A stretch of DNA of 64,000 nt from Bigelowiella natans CCMP2755 (Eukaryota; Protista; Cercozoa): positions 13,846-77,845 of the forward strand of contig ADNK01001335.1 in the NCBI GenBank assembly GCA_000320545.1, given 5' to 3'. Below the pieces are notes generated by a model. That model worked only from the letters and a program-made list of their open reading frames with translations, did no database searches and had not been told where the DNA came from. The position numbers and the translations under genes are program-made. This document shows positions 36,400 to 51,406 of this stretch, in pieces; within the stretch, counting starts at the first letter, position 1, and each line of letters starts with the position of its first letter.

Positions 36400-37950
36400 A
36401 TTGATGCAAGACGACGATCACATGCAAACACGACACTTGGCAATGTGCATGTGGGTAACTGCAGCCATTTCAGCTGTCAAGTGCACAAACATGCGAACAC
36501 CAACAGCTCAGATTGCGAAACCAATTGAATGCCATCATGAATCGAAATGATGAGATGACATTGCTGACTGTGCAGCTGAAAAAGAAGCAAGGACAGCTAC
36601 GCGCACTGCGTGACATCGACTGTGGAACACACGTGCTTTCAAGCGCATGAGACGCATCGCAAAAGACTTGATTGCTTCATTGTATCCGTCTCACACGTGC
36701 AGAGCCAGCGCATCAGTGAGGAACATTGTGTCCAGGTGCACCTAGACGTGCGTTGGTGCGCCGCTGTGCCAGTGACAACCCGCAACAATGACATCTCGTG
36801 CAAGTGCTGCTTGGGTGACTGCAAACGCTGTGTGTTCCGTTTTTGTTTGAGTCAACAAGAGTGTGGAACGTGGTCGACGGAGCGACCTCGTTCCCAGCCG
36901 AACTCCACGCGTGCAATGCCCCATCAGGAAGCGGTCTTGTGTCTGTGATGCATTGGAAGTTGTGATGAAAAACAATTGGTGCAACAGCTGACAGCGCCCA
37001 CAATGACGCAAGCTAGCTTTGCAAGGAAAAATTTTCAGCACGATTGTTTTTGTCAGCGCTGGAGCGGGTCGCACATTGATGGATTGCACACAGATGTGCA
37101 TCTTGCTCAACTCCTTTTCAAACCTTCTTCGCAATGTGTGCCATGACGTTCATCATCGCGCTTTGCAAAGTTTGGAGAAGCCTCGAGCATGTTGCATCGG
37201 GGCTGCATGCAACAACGAACAATGATGATGGTGGTGGTCTCAAACGCAAAACTTGCCCTTCCTCCATTGCATCTTTTGCACGTTCTTGTGTTGTCAGCGG
37301 CACACATGAGTGTGTTGCCATGCGTCAGATCCAAAGATGTTGACCCAAGTTTTCCGTGCCAAGACATGCATGCATTTGAGGTGCGACAAATGCCCTGAAA
37401 GGTTGTCGTGAGTTTCATGCGGCCACAAAGTGGGGCGTGCCACGTTTTAGCGGCTGCAGTGATGCCATCCATGGCCATCCATGCGATTTCTAGATGACCA
37501 GATGAGCACATCATGCATCATGAAATGACCGAATGCGCAAGTGCCTTGCTTCTGTGGATCATGTGCTAGTGTGGCACAATCTAGCAATTGCTAGCTGCGT
37601 GCGCGCGGAAAATGAATCGAATCAAGCATGAGAACCAACAAAACCAGAGTCCCCTCGCAATGTCATTTTGCAGCGCAACATCTGGAACATGTGCTGAACT
37701 ACGTGACGTTTGCGCGGACAGTCGAATCGCAAAATGAGCAGCCAGAAGCGGGCATGCTGTTTTGCACACGCATGGCAGCAGCGGACATGCAGTGCTCTGG
37801 ATGCATATGTAGATGCACAACAGGGACAAAGCTAGACGCACAGACGGTGCCGTGTGCCTACATCAGGTTGGACAAGACATCATGCAAGCCATGCCTCTGG
37901 GAGTGCTAAGACACGTGCAAGAATCGAGCTCGGCTTTGAATAGAAGCTAA
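36400..37950 (-). mobile_element. Degenerate TpA-depleted transposon relic, possibly MULE/Mutator-like
   Basis: Strong TpA depletion with CTAG retained. Minus-strand fragments HLEIAWM, PTLW and ICRTSNACMSWHGKL resemble the 'Y.E..W...P.LW...RTNN..E.WH..L' region of MULE transposases; frames are broken. Confidence 0.5.
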
Positions 37951-38099
37951 GCGCATAGCGACCCGCTGTAGTGGCAATGATCATAGAATAAGCATGAAGA
38001 TTGATTCACATTACAAGACCATCTTCATGTATAAATATCATCTTTGACGTAACGGCAAGGACTCGGTATCGAATCTTAATTAATTTTCTGACTTTGTTA

Positions 38100-41000
38100 T
38101 CACGATTTTTTCTTCCTACCGAACAACAGCCCCCGCATTATCCCCGAGAAAGACCTTGAACCCCGCCTATTGCCGCCAACAATTCCGCTCCCTTTCGATT
38201 GTAGCTCGCCACCGGACGTCGTATTGATCTCTGATGAATTCTCCAGAACGGGGCTTAATAGACTGGAGTGTTTAGCTCTGGCTTCTCTCTCATGCCGCAA
38301 AGAGACCCCCGTCTGCTGCAACGCGGTGACAAACACTGAAAACCCGGCTAGAATATCGGCTTGGGGAAGCAGAAACAATTTGACGTCGCCGGTAGAATGA
38401 GCAACTAAGCAGTACTGTTGGTTCTCTACAAACGCCAAAGCCGTAATTTCAACCGGTGCTGCTGCTGCTGCTTCTTCTTCTCTATCCGACATAATACCTA
38501 ATTGGGATGATGCACGAGACAAAACCACAATTGCATACCGAATCATTCGAAAGCATAACCCCATTCTCACCAGTATGACATACCGGCGTCTTCTTCCTTG
38601 CCAGCGCCCACCTGTCCACCATCGTTGTCACCACCAGTGGGCTTTGTTGCTCCTCTGTCCCCTGCCCCTCCGCTGTCACCAACCCCTTCCCTCCCGTCTG
38701 TGTTGCTTTTCGCTGACTGCTGGCCTGCTCCATCAGAACCAACCATGAGACCTTGTTTTTCCTCAATATCAAAATCCTCAATCTTTTCACCCCAAACCAA
38801 CAATCACGAATAAAATCACAACTTCTCTCAACCCCCACCCAACTACCTGATAAGGGCTGCTCGCGTTTAGAGTCCGAAGCACTGCTACCATTTAAGGAAG
38901 ATTCTGGTGACGTCGTTGCTATAGCTTGAACTATGGAAAGATCCCAGGACTGAACAGCGACAAGAAAACACACAGTAATTGGGTCGGATTCTCAGGGCTC
39001 CTTCCCCACATTTTGTGCTATAACCCCACCCCCCACCCCTCGTCCACCCCCCTTTTTTTTCTTGAAGGAAACGGAAAAAAAATCACGAAGCTCTGTCGAA
39101 GAACGACAAAATCGTCGGCGCGTGCTTGTGTGTCCGGTTCTCATGCATTTTTGAAAACGTTTCCTCCATTACACATTACAGCAAATTGAGGAAAATTAAG
39201 TAAACGACCGATCGGATGGATTGCATACACGAATGAGAGAAGGAACGAATACATGGATAAACGGACAAATCATTACCCGGAGGAACACCAATTCCCCTGC
39301 TGGCATGCCACAGCCGATGAAGTCTCCCATTGGTGATATTTCTAGGGTGCTAACAAAGGCGCCCATCCCTCTCGATGCGATTTCATCACCCGCAGGAGAG
39401 TAGAGCACCAGTGTTTCCTCGGCGCGAATATTGCTGCTGCTACGGCTGCCGCTGCCTTCCTCCTCTTCTAAGCGCTCCACACTACTACCGGTGCTGGTAT
39501 CCGGGGCGGCGATCGGGACGTATGATACCAAGATAAATGTAAGGTTGTTCCTTGTAGAAATCAGCCTAACCTTCATCGCAGTGAGGGTTTGGGACGGCGG
39601 CCGCACCAGCCGCATGCAGCGCCCTTGATAGGTGGAGTAAATGGCGAGGCAGTTGCGAGAGTAGGACGAGACGCAAGAAGAATCATCACCACCACCTGCA
39701 TCAGTACTACCCGCCCACCTCTCTCCACCCTCCTCCTCCCTCCCTCCCCCCCGGTCCTCCCACACCTCCCGCTGCAGCGCGCGAGAAACGCCTATGCTCA
39801 CGCCAATACCAGCCCTCATGTTGATATCGCAGTCGACTACAGGGCCTTCATGCACTCGAAATCGGGCGAAGGGCTCCAAGCTGATGGGACTCCGTCGCCA
39901 CTCGTGCTTCTTCACAGCGGTGTTCCACAGGCACACACACCCCGCTCTATCGCCAGAAATGATAGCGTTTTGCTGCAAGGCCAGCCTGAGCGTGGAGACC
40001 ACGCCCAGGTGCTGATTGACCTGTGACAGCAGCATTACCCGCTTGCGATCGTTGAGATAGCAGCGGAAGCTGTGGTCACGATACCCACCGACGAATAAAA
40101 AACGCGAGTTTTTGCTCAGCGCCACGCACTGGGATAGGCGCGGCGTCGGAGATGGTCCTGATCGCGTCGCGGCTGGGGAAAGCCATGCAGGACACGGCAG
40201 CAGCCTGTCGCTGCCCTCCATAACGAGAGGCCTAGCTTCAGAACTCCTGCGGTTTTGCTTCGTGATTAAGCTGAACAGGCCCGCGACGGAGAAACGCGAC
40301 GACGATGACGAGGAGGACGCGGACGATGATGATGGCGACATCATGCTGCCGCTGCCGAAAGCGGAAGCCCTCCTCATGCCCCCCGGGGGGGTGGGAGCCA
40401 TCACCAAGTTGCTGTTGTGCGCGAGCATCGGAGAAACAGCTGATGTGTTGGTGCCCGTCTTGCTCTTTTCCGGAGTGCTAGGACCAACAGCATCACTATT
40501 ATCCCGGGTGCCGCTGCAGTCATTATTTCCGGACCTCGCCACCGACACCGGATGCAACGAAGAGCGCTTAGCCGCTGGCAGAGGAGGACTGCCTGGCGAG
40601 GAGACTGAGATCGCTGGCGAGGCCGATGGAGACAGCATCATCCTCCTCCTTTGTGGCTTCACGGGGGTTGAGGCGCGCGGCTTGGAGAATCGTTTCGGGT
40701 TCCTCGGGATGGCATTCGGTAGTATACTCGAGTGCCCCAACGACGGATTTCCAGTGAGATTGACCGCCATCTCAACGCACGCATCCAACATCCCTGACAA
40801 CTCGACGCGTCTCACTCTCACCGCTAAGCAGCTCGTTTGGTGAGTCACCGAGCCAGGAGGCGCAGGAGGGGGAGGGAGGGGAGGGGGGGGAGTGGGGAGT
40901 AGAGTAGTAGCTGCAAGGGTGCTGCTAGTGCCAGCTGCAACTCTCCTAGAGGAAGAGGAAGAAGAAGAAGAAACGCTGCCGTTCTTGCTATGATCCCCAA

Positions 41001-44000
41001 TACCACCACCCCCCCGAACATTTTCATCATTATCATCATCATTATCATCATCATTTTTTCGCGGTGTCGTGAGATCGCGCTTCTTCTGCTTCTTCTTTCC
41101 CTCCTCCTCCTCCACCCCCTTCTTATTCTTCTTCTCCGTTATTCGAAGAATATCAGTCTCTGTGACGATGCACAGGCTACCTAGTGCGTCTACGGCCAGC
41201 CCGCACACCCGCTTCCTCCTGTTCACTTTGAAAACATTCACGGAGCCGTAGTGGGGGGGCATAACGAACGGCAGCTTGAGGCTGCTCTGCTGAGCTTGCT
41301 GGGTCATTATCGCGGCTGCATCCTTCTCTGGGTGGGGGGTGGTGAAAACCTGGCTGGGGGTTTGGCCGAACGAGGAGATTTGAGCTAGCGTCGCCTCCCT
41401 CGTCTTGGGCTCTGTGATCAGAGATACGTCCACCTGCCCAGGGTAGGTCAGGTAGTAGAAGAGGTTCTTTGCGTCCTCCGCCCTGTGGCCTTTCTGCGAG
41501 GCGCCGAATATGAGGTCGATCCACAGGTGCAAGCGTCGAGAGACGATGGGGCTCTCCAAGGCCTGCCGGTGCAGCCGAACGAACCGCTCTGGGCAGCCCT
41601 TCGCCCACGGCGGAAGCACCACGTCGCCCACGGCCTCGCCGTTCTGCTTCACCCCCAGCCGCAGCCGGTTGCTGTTCCGCAGGAAGCGCGCGTTACAGAA
41701 GAACTCCGGGATGAGCTCCTTGACGTCGGAGAGCTGCGTGTAGGACAGGTGCCAGGCCTTCTGCACGGAGTCGAAGAGGCGGTCGGGGAGGTCGAAGCGC
41801 CCCCCCTGCTGGGCAAGAGCCAGCGTTGCGTACGGTTCCACGCGGACCAGGAAGTAGTTGACGATCCCCGGAGATGAATAGTGCGAGCCATAGTGGAATG
41901 GCGGCACGTCAGGCAATGGGTTCTCGAATCGCTCATCGATTGCCTCAAGCCTGTCCGGGTTGAGGGCGCCCATGGGCTTTGAAAGATCGCGATAAATACC
42001 AGGGTTGCGCAGATCCAGGGTCTTTGACGTGAAATCGTGAATCACCCAAGGGAACACCGGGTACTGCGACACGTCGTTGTACGTGCGACCCGCGATTGTG
42101 TTGACATGCATCAGGTACTGGAAGTTGGAGATCTCGCCGCGTTTCCATTGGCTGACGATGCCGGACTCTTGCAATCGCCGGGTGGGCGAGATCTTGAAAG
42201 GCAGCCGAAGGTTCTTGCAGAGCCGCCTGTAGATCTCATCGCGCCCCCGCTGGCCGCCCGTGTGGAAGTTGAAGAAAACCGAGGTGTGGTCCTTGAAGAA
42301 GAGCTCTATGGCCGTGTTCTGCAGGTAGAATAGCCGCGGCATCGCCTGCCTGATTTCCGAGGACATCATGATCACCTCTACGTTGACCTTTTCTCCCAGT
42401 ACCCGCCCTCCCTGATCTCCTCCACTCTCGTCTCCACTGACTTCATCGGCTGCAGCACCAGCATCCATACTGGGCACGTGGGGGAATCCGAGTAAGGCGC
42501 TGTGGGACACGGAGACGGTCTCATAGCCAAGACTATAGTTCTCGTACACGAACTTTGCCTTGAAGATAACGTGGCTCTGCGTAATGTACATAACTCCCGC
42601 CACCTTCTTCAAAGTGGTAATCATGATGCATTCGGCCTGCATCTGGACTTCCCCGTACGTGTGCAGGTCGTTGGCCCCGCCCATGCCGCCATCGACACCG
42701 CCATCTCCGCCAGCCCCCCCCCCCAGGTCATCGTCATCTTGTTGCTGGTCCATCATACCGGATGCTTCATCGGCGTCGACAACGTCCCAAGCGCCACCTC
42801 CTGTTTGATCATCATCGTCGTCTGCTGCGGCATCCACACCTGCAGAATCTCGCTTATTCTTCTTCTTATTCTTCTTATTCTTGCCGTCATCCGTGACCTC
42901 ACTGTTGTCATCGTCGTTATCACCCTCCTTTGCGCTACCCCCCTCATCTCGCACGACCCCGGCGGTGGAGAACTTCTTCACATCAATGTTCTTCTGCCTC
43001 TCCGAGTGGGCCGGCGAGGTGGGGCCGGAGGCCTGTTTCCCGAGTCGTTGTCTCTTTAAGCGCGTTCGGAAGAGCGTCCTGGATCGAGAGGAATCTTCGA
43101 CGGCGGCCAGGCACCACACCTCGTTCTTCTGCTGCGCCTCGAGATCCCTCTCAAGAAGCAGCTGCCCGCCCGTGTCAAGAAGGCTATCCTCCATCACTGC
43201 ATCACTATTGCTGCTGCCGCCACTGCTGCTGCGGGAAGTAACACTCGCACGGCCTCTCCTTCTCGCGCGCTCCTCGCATGTTTTCATAAGATTGATCATG
43301 GAGTCTAGGTAGACAACGCTTGTATTACTGCTGCTGCTGCTGGTGGTGGTGCTGGTGGTGGTGCTGGTGATGCTGCTGTTGACAGTGTCGCTAGCTAGTG
43401 GAGGCTTGATAGAGAAGCGGTGGCGCCGACGGCTTCTCCTGGCAGCTTTGGCTAGTTTCACGTCATACTGCGCACAGAAGGACTGCACGAACCGAAGTCC
43501 TGGATTACGCCCACCCCAGTCCCACTCGCCGTCGCCCGCTAAAGCAAGACCAATCCCTCCTTTCCCTGCACCGGGGGGGGCTGGCTTGGTGATGTCGCGC
43601 TTACTCAATCTTATACGCCTTCTGAGGCACGCACGCTGTACGATGTAGGTTGTGTTGCTCCAGCTGTTGAAGATCTTTCTAACGGGGTCGTCGAGGACGT
43701 CACCATCATCGCGTTCACCACCACGATCAAATTTATTATTAAAAATACTAATATTGCTGTCACCCCTCGCGCTGCCATTTGCCCCGCCGTCAATGTTTTG
43801 TGGGGATTTGGTAATGACGGTACTACTAGTGCTGGTGCTGGTGTCACCGTCAGTAGCTGATGCAGCCGACTTATCCAAGATCTTGCTTTCCTCTTTGTTG
43901 CCCTCCCCCTCTTCCTCGACACCGCCTCCACTACCATCAGCGCTAGTATTTTCCTCTGCCCGCGCTTCGGTGACGCTAGCTTTGTCGCCCCCTTCCCCGC

Positions 44001-46680
44001 TCTCCCTGCCACCTACCATTGGTGTCGCAGCCGCTGGAGCTGCGACGACGGGAAAGCGCCGAGTATGTTTAGAAAACAAGCTCCTGAGGGACTTCCTTTC
44101 TTTATAGCGGCGCTCGCGCATGACCCGTTGGAACCAGGCCTCATGATCTCTGCACAGCTTCAGGTAGGAGTTGTAGAAATTCGTAGAGCGGAGTGCGTCG
44201 ACGACCTCGAGAGCCTCTCTTACCGCGGCTGCTGAGAGATCCTCGCCCAGCTTTTTAGAGGTCAAGGCACTTGACTTGACCGCAGCCTTTGCTTCGGGGA
44301 AACAGGCCAGCAACGACCCACGCCACAGCATGAATAGCTCGGTGATGCTCTGCTGCATATCCAGAAGATTCACCATGTGCTTGTCGTCCTCCAAAGGTGA
44401 TGATGACCCGGCAGCAGCGGTAGCAGTAGCAGCAGCACCTTTTTTGGATGGTGATGATAACGGTGAGAGCAGCGACGATGGAAGCCGTCGTTCGCTACTG
44501 GGGATAGAAGTGGTTGCACTGCCGTTCTCGTCTCCAGAAGGTAGAGAAGCACCAGTCGCCGACGCATGTTTATCACCGCCCTCTCCTTCCTCCTCCTCCC
44601 CTTCCTCATGAACACCACCTTGCCCCTCTTCCGCTGATTTCTTCGCTATCTTCTCCTCCGACCCCCCTCCTCCTTCCGCCTCCCTTTTCTGTTTCTTTTG
44701 GTCTAAATTCTCCTGCAGCACCTGCAGCATTCCGTCACGCACGAGACACAGCACCATGGCAAGCGTTCGTATGTTGGCGTGGCTGTGTTTGGTCAGGCGC
44801 AGCTTGTACAGCTGCCGTGCGTAGCCTAGCAAGTGGGGCACGATGCCTGCGTATTCTCTGAACGGCAGGAGGTAGCGGAGGTACCGCAGCAGGATTCGTA
44901 GGACATCCTGGCGCCTCGACGGCATGGGGAAGTGCTCCATCACACCCACCAGCAGAATCAGCAACAGCCGCTTGCGTACAAACAAAGGGCTCGCGGTGCT
45001 TTCAATGCTGCTCCTGCGCCGCCGCTTCCGCTCTTTCGTGCTGCCACTGCTTCCGTCCGCCACGGCTGCACCCTGCTTCCCTTTGCTTCTTCTCTTCGCC
45101 GTTCCACCGTCCTGGCTTGCAGAGCTGCTCTCGCTGCTGCTGCTATTGCTGCTGAGAGGCCCTCTTGGCTCCTTCTTCAGGTCGGGCAGTCTTCCAACCT
45201 CGAATGACACGCCTTGGTTGTGGAAGAGTGCCTCCTCCACGAGGTGCATCGTAGGCACCAGGTTCCCCTTGATGAGGCGCATGATCTTCTCGCTGTGCTG
45301 TCTCCTGGAGGATGACGAGGAAGAGGAGGAGGAGGAGGAAGAGGAAGAGGAGGAGGAAGAGGACGACGACGATATGGAAATGGAACCCTTGTATTGACCA
45401 GAAGTTGGGAGCAGGGCGGATAGGGTACCATAGAGCACTTGCCTCCAAATAAGGAGAGAGGTCTCGGATAATCTTCCATTTGCATCTTGCGCTATCAACT
45501 TCTTGTCGTGCCTTTCCGCCTTGCTTCGTCGCCCTCCCTTTCCCACCGGAGTGGTAGTAGGTGTGGCGGTGTTGTTGTTGTTGTTGTTGTTGTTGTAGCC
45601 CAACAAATCGTCCCAGATCTTTATGCAGTAGCGCATCTCGCTGAGAGCTAGCCATCCGTTCTTGAACGTCGTGATGCAATGGCGCAGGGCGTGGTGGGTG
45701 ATGTGGAGGGCGAAAAGCCCTGCATGCGTCTCTTGGTACAAATACGGCGCCACCGCCACCTGCCAGAACTGCTCGCTCACAAGCCGTGTGAAGCAGGACA
45801 CGTGCGCTCGCAAACATGTGAACGAGTCTAAGAGCAGCTTTTCCTGCGTGCCCCCCCCCGCCTGGGCACCGATGGTCAATAGTGCGGTCAGCATGGAAGG
45901 AGAGTGCATGCGCATGCGTTCGTGCACCTCCACCATCATGTCCTTGTCTGCAACCCTATTCGATCCCATGGCCCACGCCATCAGCGTCTCCCTTACTTGC
46001 CCATCTAGTGCCGCCTTGTTGCTCCACCAGCCCCCACCCCCTGCCTCGCAGCAGAGCAGCAGCTTGGTAACGTGGCTCGCGAGGGAGCTGGTCATCGCGT
46101 CTTCGACCGTCGATATCCGCAATATGGGGTAGGGGCTGCCCTCCAGCTCGGAAGTATCGACTGCCTTGCTCGCGTCCCCCCCCCTACTACTATTGTGCTC
46201 GGGGGTTGATAGTGACCACATCATCACTATGCGGAGGGCCAGGCCCCTTGTCTGCGTGTCGGGGTAGGAGAGCAGCCTCAGCACCATTGCGATGCCGCCG
46301 TTCTCGATGACCTTCCTCTCAGGAACGTGCATACCACCGTCTTGCTCGTCGCCACCCTCATCATCCAGCAGGCCAAAGATGCCCCCTAGCCCAGCCAGCC
46401 CCAGGCGTGCGACAGTAGACACCACGCCACTGCCCGTGGACACAGCGTCCCCCAGGATCGTGCTGTTACCGGTGGGATTGCTGGCGGTGGTGACGGTAGT
46501 GAGCACTGAGGAGCGCCGCATCGGGGCAGATGGGGAGGCAGGGAGCGGGCTGAGGTAAAACAAGGACTCTGTTCTCGCTAGGCTGAAGAGCTTCAACAGG
46601 GTCCTGGTCACCTCCCTCACCACAATTACATTAAGCTCGCACGGCGGTGGCGCCGAAGAAGCGCCAGCACCACCAGCGGC

Positions 46681-46714
<34 letters not shown>

Positions 46715-48250
46715 GGAGTGTTTTGACCCTTGCATGTAGTGGTACTAGGATTAGCAGTAGGAGTATTGTTATTTGGACCGATGGTTGGACTTGTAAGGGA
46801 GTCTAGCAAGTCTACCAGCGTCTGCACTACATGCAGCGTCTGTACGTCTGGCTCCAGAGGAGGAAGAGGAGCTGCAGCCCCTCCCTTCTTCGCTTGGCTG
46901 GCGGCTTTAGCACGGTGGTAATTTCTTTGTTGCTGGGTTGCTTTCACCATGAAAACGACCGCGTTCAGCAGCATACAAGCGGCCGATATTTGGCGTTTGA
47001 TCGCCAAACGATATGAGGATAGCTCGGTTTTCAACTTCCCATTCGCCTCCCCCCCCTTCTTGTAATCGCAGGAGGTCGTGGTCGCTCTTTGGTTAGCTCC
47101 TCCTTCTCCTGCAAGAGAAGTAGGAACAGCGCTGCTGCTTGGATTGAACGCCCATGGGGCAACGAATCGCAACCAGTCCAGGGTGCGCACAGGGCCCAAA
47201 CTGTTGGCGAATGCCTAGGTCATCCCGGAAGAGGATCGGACATAATAGATACAAAACAACACGGAACAAACACGGAAACAAGATCAACCAAATTCACGGG
47301 AGAACGAAAAGTTAGAAGGATCCTCTCCTCCCCCCCCCCCCCCCCCCCTCCCTCTCTCCTCTCTCTCTCTCCTTCAGAATTGTGCATCTTCTTCTTCTTC
47401 TTCTTCTTCTGCTTTTTCTCCTTCTACAAGTGCGTCTTGTGTTAAGTATCGTTCACACCACATAAGTCACCTTCGGATATCGTTCCACGAGGCTTTCGAA
47501 TAAACGAAGCAGCCGCAGGACCGACTCGGAAGCCACAGAAGAGGAAGAAGCAGCCCTTGACGCCCGTCCTTTCTTCATCTTCTCACCACTCTTCGTATCA
47601 CCTCCCCCTCCTCCCGTATTGGCACTGGTTGGTGATGAAGTCTTATCTGTCGTGTCAGTAGCGACAGCAGGGTCCTCGCCATTCGCTGGCACCATGCTTA
47701 TCCCTCCTCCTCCTCCTCCTCCTCCTCCTCCTCCTCCTCCGTTGCTGGCGTTGTTCGTCCAGTAGTACATATCGAGGAGGGATATGGCAGCCTCGGTGAC
47801 GTGCACCTTGCTTGGTGTCATATCAAGGGCCTCTATCGCCATTATTAGGGAGGCAACTCCATGAGCAGCAGCCTGGGGGTGAGAAGGAGGGGGGGGGGGG
47901 AGGGGAGGGAAGCAAGATGAGTGACGCTGCGGAGGGAGGGGGGATAGACTGCAAGGCATGATTTCTCAATATTCTACTTTCACACTCCTCCTAGTACTAC
48001 GGCCACTAACATTACTACATATTGCTACTACCTATTACTACTACTACTACTACTACTCCCGACTACTACTACTACTACTTCTCCCTATTACTACTGCTAC
48101 TCCCTCATATTGACCATTGAAGGCTTTGTGTAGTTGAGGAGGGCGGTGCGTATCGGCCTCGGTCCCATGCAGAAATACTCCGTTTGGAAACGAGCATCGT
48201 ATGAAACCAGATCGGATATTAACGATATAGCCTCGCCTATTATGTTCCGC

Positions 48251-48290
<40 letters not shown>

Positions 48291-48568
48291 TATAATAAAC
48301 TCAAGCCACTCAACCTCTCATGTCTTCATTCGCACATAAGTACGTTGTCGCTGGAGCTGTTTGTATTAGTGTTTCTATTATAGCTCGATCTTCTCCTTCT
48401 GGCCCTGCTACTACTACTGCTACTACTACCTATGAAGATATCAGCAGACTTACAGCTCCTCAAAAAGTCGCCGATGATGATGGCATTACTCGACTTCCCT
48501 CCGCCATTCTTCTCATCATCCCCATTCGCTAGAATGCCTCCTGAGAGAACCAAAACACCCAATATGTA

Positions 48569-48608
<40 letters not shown>

Positions 48609-48879
48609 TGAAAGGTCGGGAGATGTGCTCTTCAGACTACGATACATAAGATTTACGCGAGTTATGTGGTCCAATGGCATATGTTTCCGCGGTGCAGCAG
48701 CAGTAGCAAAAGCAGCAGCAGGAGCATCTCCAAATTGCTTGTGTGACTAGTTCACAAAACGAAACTAGTGCTAATGTACAACCTGGGGAAGTTGTGTGTA
48801 ACAAGAGACTGAGGCCGCCTAGTCTCGCCAGCGTCTGCTCGACCAGCATCGTGATGATGCGTGAATCAAGAATAAGAGA

Positions 48880-48912
<33 letters not shown>

Positions 48913-49238
48913 AGTGCAAAGACAACTATGGGAAAATATCCATAGGTAACGATATGCAGAGGGGAGAGGAGGGGGGGGGACGCAAGCTTCTAAACTTAGG
49001 AAGAAATTCATGTTGAAAAGGACTATCCGAACAGTTGTTTTGGTGTCCCCTAACCCCTCTCCTCCACCACTCTCTTTTCCCTACCGTGTGGATATTAGGA
49101 GAAAAATGCATCCTGACGCTCCCAACGCCAGAAGCCTGGTCACTCGCGTCTGGGATAATGATTTTCAGAAGGGGGGGGTTCAAAGAAACGACATTCGTAA
49201 TTAATTATTCTGGGAGCTCTTCAGCATTGTAGCATCAC

Positions 49239-49269
<31 letters not shown>

Positions 49270-50904
49270 ATGGGACCTGGGGCCAACAACAACTTCTGTC
49301 CGCAGTGCTCCAAGGACTCCCACCCAATCTGCGTTAAAGTCATAATTAAGCCATGATATCATGTCACCAACGGCCCGGTAGCGCCCCCCAACACCACCAC
49401 CATCACAGCTCCTTCTTCATGCGTTGGTAATACTATTATAATCACAGCAATCCTTTCCTCCTCCCCGCACGGCTATTACCGGTGCGTAGCTGCCACCGTC
49501 CTCGGAGAAAAGGTGAGGGGAGATACCGAAGACGTAGCGAACAAGGATTCGCGTGGGCGCACGGCGTAGCATCTTGGAACCGCGCTTTTGAAGACCCAGC
49601 AAGGACGGTATCTGGATGTGGACATATATGCATATATCGGCATGTCAGCTCCCCTTCTTCATCGTCATTATCATCTATAAAAGCAGCAATAACATCAACA
49701 ACAATATCCTCCCCACCACCCCGGCTCTTTTCGTATGTATCTTGTATCCCCTTCTCCTCATCATCATCATCGTAAACATCGCTTTCGCTACGACGCCCAG
49801 CTATCACAACATAGCATAACACAGCACAAACAGCAGCAGCAGCAGCAGCAGCAACTTGTTGTATGAGCGCCACTGGTCCGTCCTTGAGGGAATGAATGTC
49901 AGGCACTCTGTCGGGCCCTGCAAAGTGCAGCTGCCTGATCTGATAAGGGATGGTGATAAATGATGATGATAACGATCTTGATACTTGGCTATAGGGGGGT
50001 GGTAGCTTCAAATCTGGGTTATATTTGCACTCGTTTTCACAGTTTTCCCCATGTTTCACTGCCCTTCTTTCCTCCCCCTCCCCCTCCTCCTCCCCCTTCG
50101 CTCTCAAATATCCAACGGCTACCTTCAGCTGCGAGAGGCACTGATCAAAGACGTGGAAGTTTGACATGCATCCGTGGAATCCTCCCACGGAGTACTGCAC
50201 CTGTGTTGTTGTTTTGAGTAGTGTTATTGTTGTTTATCATCATGTCATCATTATAAAACGGTAGTGTTAGCAGTGACCACATTTTGTGTCAAAAGTAAAA
50301 AATGGCGTTAGGGTCCACTCGAATAAGCGACGAACAGCAGGTATCCGAAGGTATCCGATAAGAATAGACCGTGCCGTCACAACAACTGCTGCTATCACCG
50401 CTGCTGCTGCTGCTGCTGCTGCTGCTAATTTCTACTACTACGATTCCCAACCTGTCCATGGACTTTGGAAGGATAAGGGAGCTTCTTTTGATCTGTGAAC
50501 TCCCCGTTGCCATACACCCTCACCTTGTAGTAGTTGTAGTAGTAGTAGTAGTAGTAGGAGGAGGAGGAGGAGGAGGAGGAGGAGGAGGAGGGGGAGGAGG
50601 GAGGACGGATGCAGAATGTCAGGACATCGGTCCGTAAATTGAAATGATGATGAACAAAGAATGTGGTACAAGATTGGAAGTCGGAAATACTTCTTCCTCT
50701 TACTAACCCCACCTCCCCCCTGTGCCGTTGTGCGCACGCAATCCCCCTTCTCGTTTTAAACAGCTTTTCAGTTATATTATATCCTACATTTCCGGTAGGA
50801 GAGTGTACGGCTCCGAGAGAGTACCAGCGTCCCTTTTGGAACACGAAGTTGATATCGGCAGGCTTTACAGATCCCGTCACCAGAGTATGGGCCTTGGAGA
50901 AAGA

Positions 50905-50935
<31 letters not shown>

Positions 50936-51135
50936 AAGAAGAAGGGTGAGTAGGGCGGTGAAGGAATTGTATCAATGGAAAGAATCCTAAAAGATGGTAG
51001 ATTGATGGTCTACGTGAAAGACTGTGTTGGAAAATTGGCAACCATCCCCCCCCCCTCAATAATGCTGCTACGATTCTTCGATAATTGGAGAGAACTAGTG
51101 CTAGAGGGTACATCTTCGGAATTCTATCATCTTTA

Positions 51136-51174
<39 letters not shown>

Positions 51175-51369
51175 CTATCTACCTATCTATCTATCTATCT
51201 CTTTGTGCGGCTGTTATGTACCCCAAGCATCTAGAAATAAAAACAAGCTATGGTTGGACTGTTATTACCCTTAGGGTGTTGTTTTGGATGTAGTACTGCA
51301 CTCCAGTACCGGACTTATCCACGAAGGAAAATAACATGTACTTACCCTGATTAATATCCACAATACGCA

Positions 51370-51406
<37 letters not shown>

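Noticed and set aside
39221-47100. Many + strand ORFs opposite the BEACH exon
   Set aside because: Antisense shadows of a GC-rich, low-complexity coding exon.
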